64,000 nucleotides of DNA from contig CM068763.1 of NCBI GenBank assembly GCA_035084275.1, positions 7,750,001 through 7,814,000 on the forward strand, read 5' to 3'. Source of the DNA: Hydrolagus colliei. Its lineage: Eukaryota. The translations under genes were made by a program, and so were the position numbers. Every line of letters starts with the position of its first letter. Position 1 is the first letter of the stretch. The notes beneath the pieces were generated by a model. The model saw only the letters and a list, made by a program, of their open reading frames with translations, ran no database searches and was not told the origin of the DNA. Positions 61,512 to 64,000 of the stretch are shown here, piece after piece.

Positions 61512-64000
61512 TTTGTTTCTGTAAGACTGTAGTTTGGTAGTTATTACCAGTGTGATGGTAAGCACAACACTAATACTTCAAACATTCCTGCAAATCAGAA
61601 TCTGAACAAAAAGACTAAGCAAAGGAACCCGTAAACTCTGGGTAACATCAAAAATCACTTCTTGAGACAATGATCAAAAACAAAAGAATTATACAATCAG
61701 TCACATTGTGTGAGGACAAAAATGGAGATCGATGGATTCAGGAGATAAGAGGAAAATGAAGATTCAAATCGAATTATTCCTTCTTCCAAGGATGAAGTCT
61801 AAGAAACGGATAAATGAGAGTGGGAGGAATAGAACTGAATGTCCTTCGAAGTCTGTGCACATTAATGTCTCTTACAATTCATCATCTCCTCCCCATCCAC
61901 ACTATCCTTGTTCTGAGCAAGACAACCCAGAGGTCTCATCAACACCCCATCATTCTCCTACAGTTTAAAATTGGAAGGTCCTTTCCTCAGGATTCCCCCA
62001 CCCAAAATACACATTTGGACCTTTCGAGGTAGAGAGGAGGATCTTTAAGGAGAATCGCTGCTCTAATCTTGTAGAAACCAACAACATTTCTGTTAAACTC
62101 TAATAGTTCTCACAACTACTCTGCAATTTCTTGCTCTCAGTCAAGAAAGGAGCTGGAACCACAATTTAGCCTCAGCCCCTCCAAGTAAAAGCTATTCACT
62201 TGGATAAAGTACAAGAGGGTATCTAGCAATCATAAAACTATACTAATATAGAAATCAGGACATTAAAACATTACAAATATTTCTCCCCAAATTTCCAACA
62301 TTGAACAGCTTCATTCTCCAAAGGTACCAAAAATACTTGCTGCATTCAGACAGATTTGCTGATTCAGACCAATCAGCAAATCAAAACTAGCAGATCCTGG
62401 AACTCAAACTGGAATCAAGAATATCGCATCACTGGAGGCTGATTCAATAATCAAGGTTTACTGTATTTTCATGTGCTATGGCATGCTTGGTACTGAATGG
62501 TGCCACAACACATAGTAAAATAGCCTGTTTGCATTCCAGACACAATCTTCAAATCCTTGTCCTCAACAGTTTACATGGACTTAGAACTTATTTTCTGAAA
62601 ACCTCTCATCTATCCCTTCTCAGTATTCTCAGTATTACAATATTTTACTGCATTTTTTTTGTACTGTGACCACACAGAACCGTACTTACATTAGAAAAAT
62701 CAGAACACTTTAACATGAATTGTAACTTGAAACTATCCAGCTCTCTGTGCAAACAATAATTCCAGATTAAACTGTGAATCGTCAACAAGCTCAAGATGTA
62801 AAATTCCAAACAACTTCTGTACTGAGAACAACCCTGTGAGCAGGATTTAAACACGCAGAAGATAACCTAAGAATTCAATGATGCCAGAAATTAAGAATAT
62901 GCCATTCTGAGGCAACAAGATACCTGTAAAGTAAGTTAAACGGTGCATTCAGATGTTAACTGCCATAACCAGTTAACCACATCAATGCAATCCTGTAGTT
63001 ATATACAATCAGTCTAGCACTTTCAGGACTAAGCATCAAGAACAAACTGTTTTCTGTGTAAGAATTCCATAACCCAATCCTATATTCAGGTAGGCAAATG
63101 TTTGATGTACTTTAACATCCACGATCTTTAACCTGCCATGAAAGGGGTTCAGTTTGGTGAGTTCTTCAGCAAACATTTGGTCAAATTTAATCTGATCAAG
63201 GTCGGGGTAAAGTAAAATCCTCATCAGTTCCCTCACACACACATAATAGTCGGGGCACAGTGATACTGATATTGTTTGCACTGCCATCTCGATGCAGCCA
63301 GCTGCTCAGCACTTCAAGGTCAGAAGCGGATGCATCACAGCTCCCCGTTTTCCATACAAGCCAGCAACAATGCCCGTTACCTGTGTTTATTTCCCCCCCT
63401 CATCCTCCCAAGTAACCAAAGCCATCTCCAAGTTTATGAGCTAATCAGGATTGTTGTGCCATTGCATCACAGGCAATTATAAATGGCCAGGAGCGGCGGA
63501 AGAGGAGCCAATCAGATTACACACAGCATGTCAACCTAAGACCAACTGTCTCCTGCCTTTGACAGAAGCATTTTACCTCCATAATTCAAATCCCAAACCA
63601 ATGCAATCTGCACTTACTCAAATCACTGGCTGTGCATTGCCAGCCCGCTGCCTGCTCAAGGTTGCAGCAAGGCAAAACAGCAAAAAAATAAGAGAGGGAT
63701 ATGGGGGTGGGGGGGGAAGACACACAACAAACAAAATGCACAAAGGCAGCCCTGCACAGCCCCCCACCCCCACCCCCCCTCCATCAGCAAACACAGTGTT
63801 AAACAATCAGGACAAAAGCACAGGGCATTTACTGATCAGCTAAAAGGAAGCTGGGGTGGGAATTGTTACACAAAGAAGCAGCATCTCTCTCTCACACACA
63901 CAGCTTCTAAATCGGTTGCAAACACGATGCACTAAAAAAAAACACCCCTTGTTACATGGAGAGAGAAAAAAAAGCTGCGTTTAATTCGACCACATTTTAA

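Overview
Vertebrate nuclear genomic DNA, most likely a cartilaginous fish (chimaera/shark-like; inferred from Deu-type tRNA-SINEs, L2/CR1 tails and a shark-type palindromic Penelope-like repeat). Three multi-exon genes lie on the minus strand in the order known from human 1p36.11: ARID1A (coding exons 2-20 at 16247-48218, all GT-AG and in frame; exon 1 lies beyond the window), complete PIGV (3 coding exons, 501 aa) and ZDHHC18 exons 1-4 (gene runs off the window start). Non-coding DNA holds SINEs, LINE fragments, a hAT-type MITE with intact TIRs and 8-bp TSD, a 31-bp GC-rich minisatellite at the ZDHHC18 5' end and a 151-N gap. The best leads are a hammerhead-ribozyme-like core in a Penelope-type repeat (two loci, three arms), the hAT MITE, an apparently conserved internal alternative acceptor in ARID1A exon 18, an ARID1B-like short exon 3, and a circRNA-prone exon 2-4 block. 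I found no evidence of a wholly new gene system. Comparisons with human sequences are from memory and need checking.
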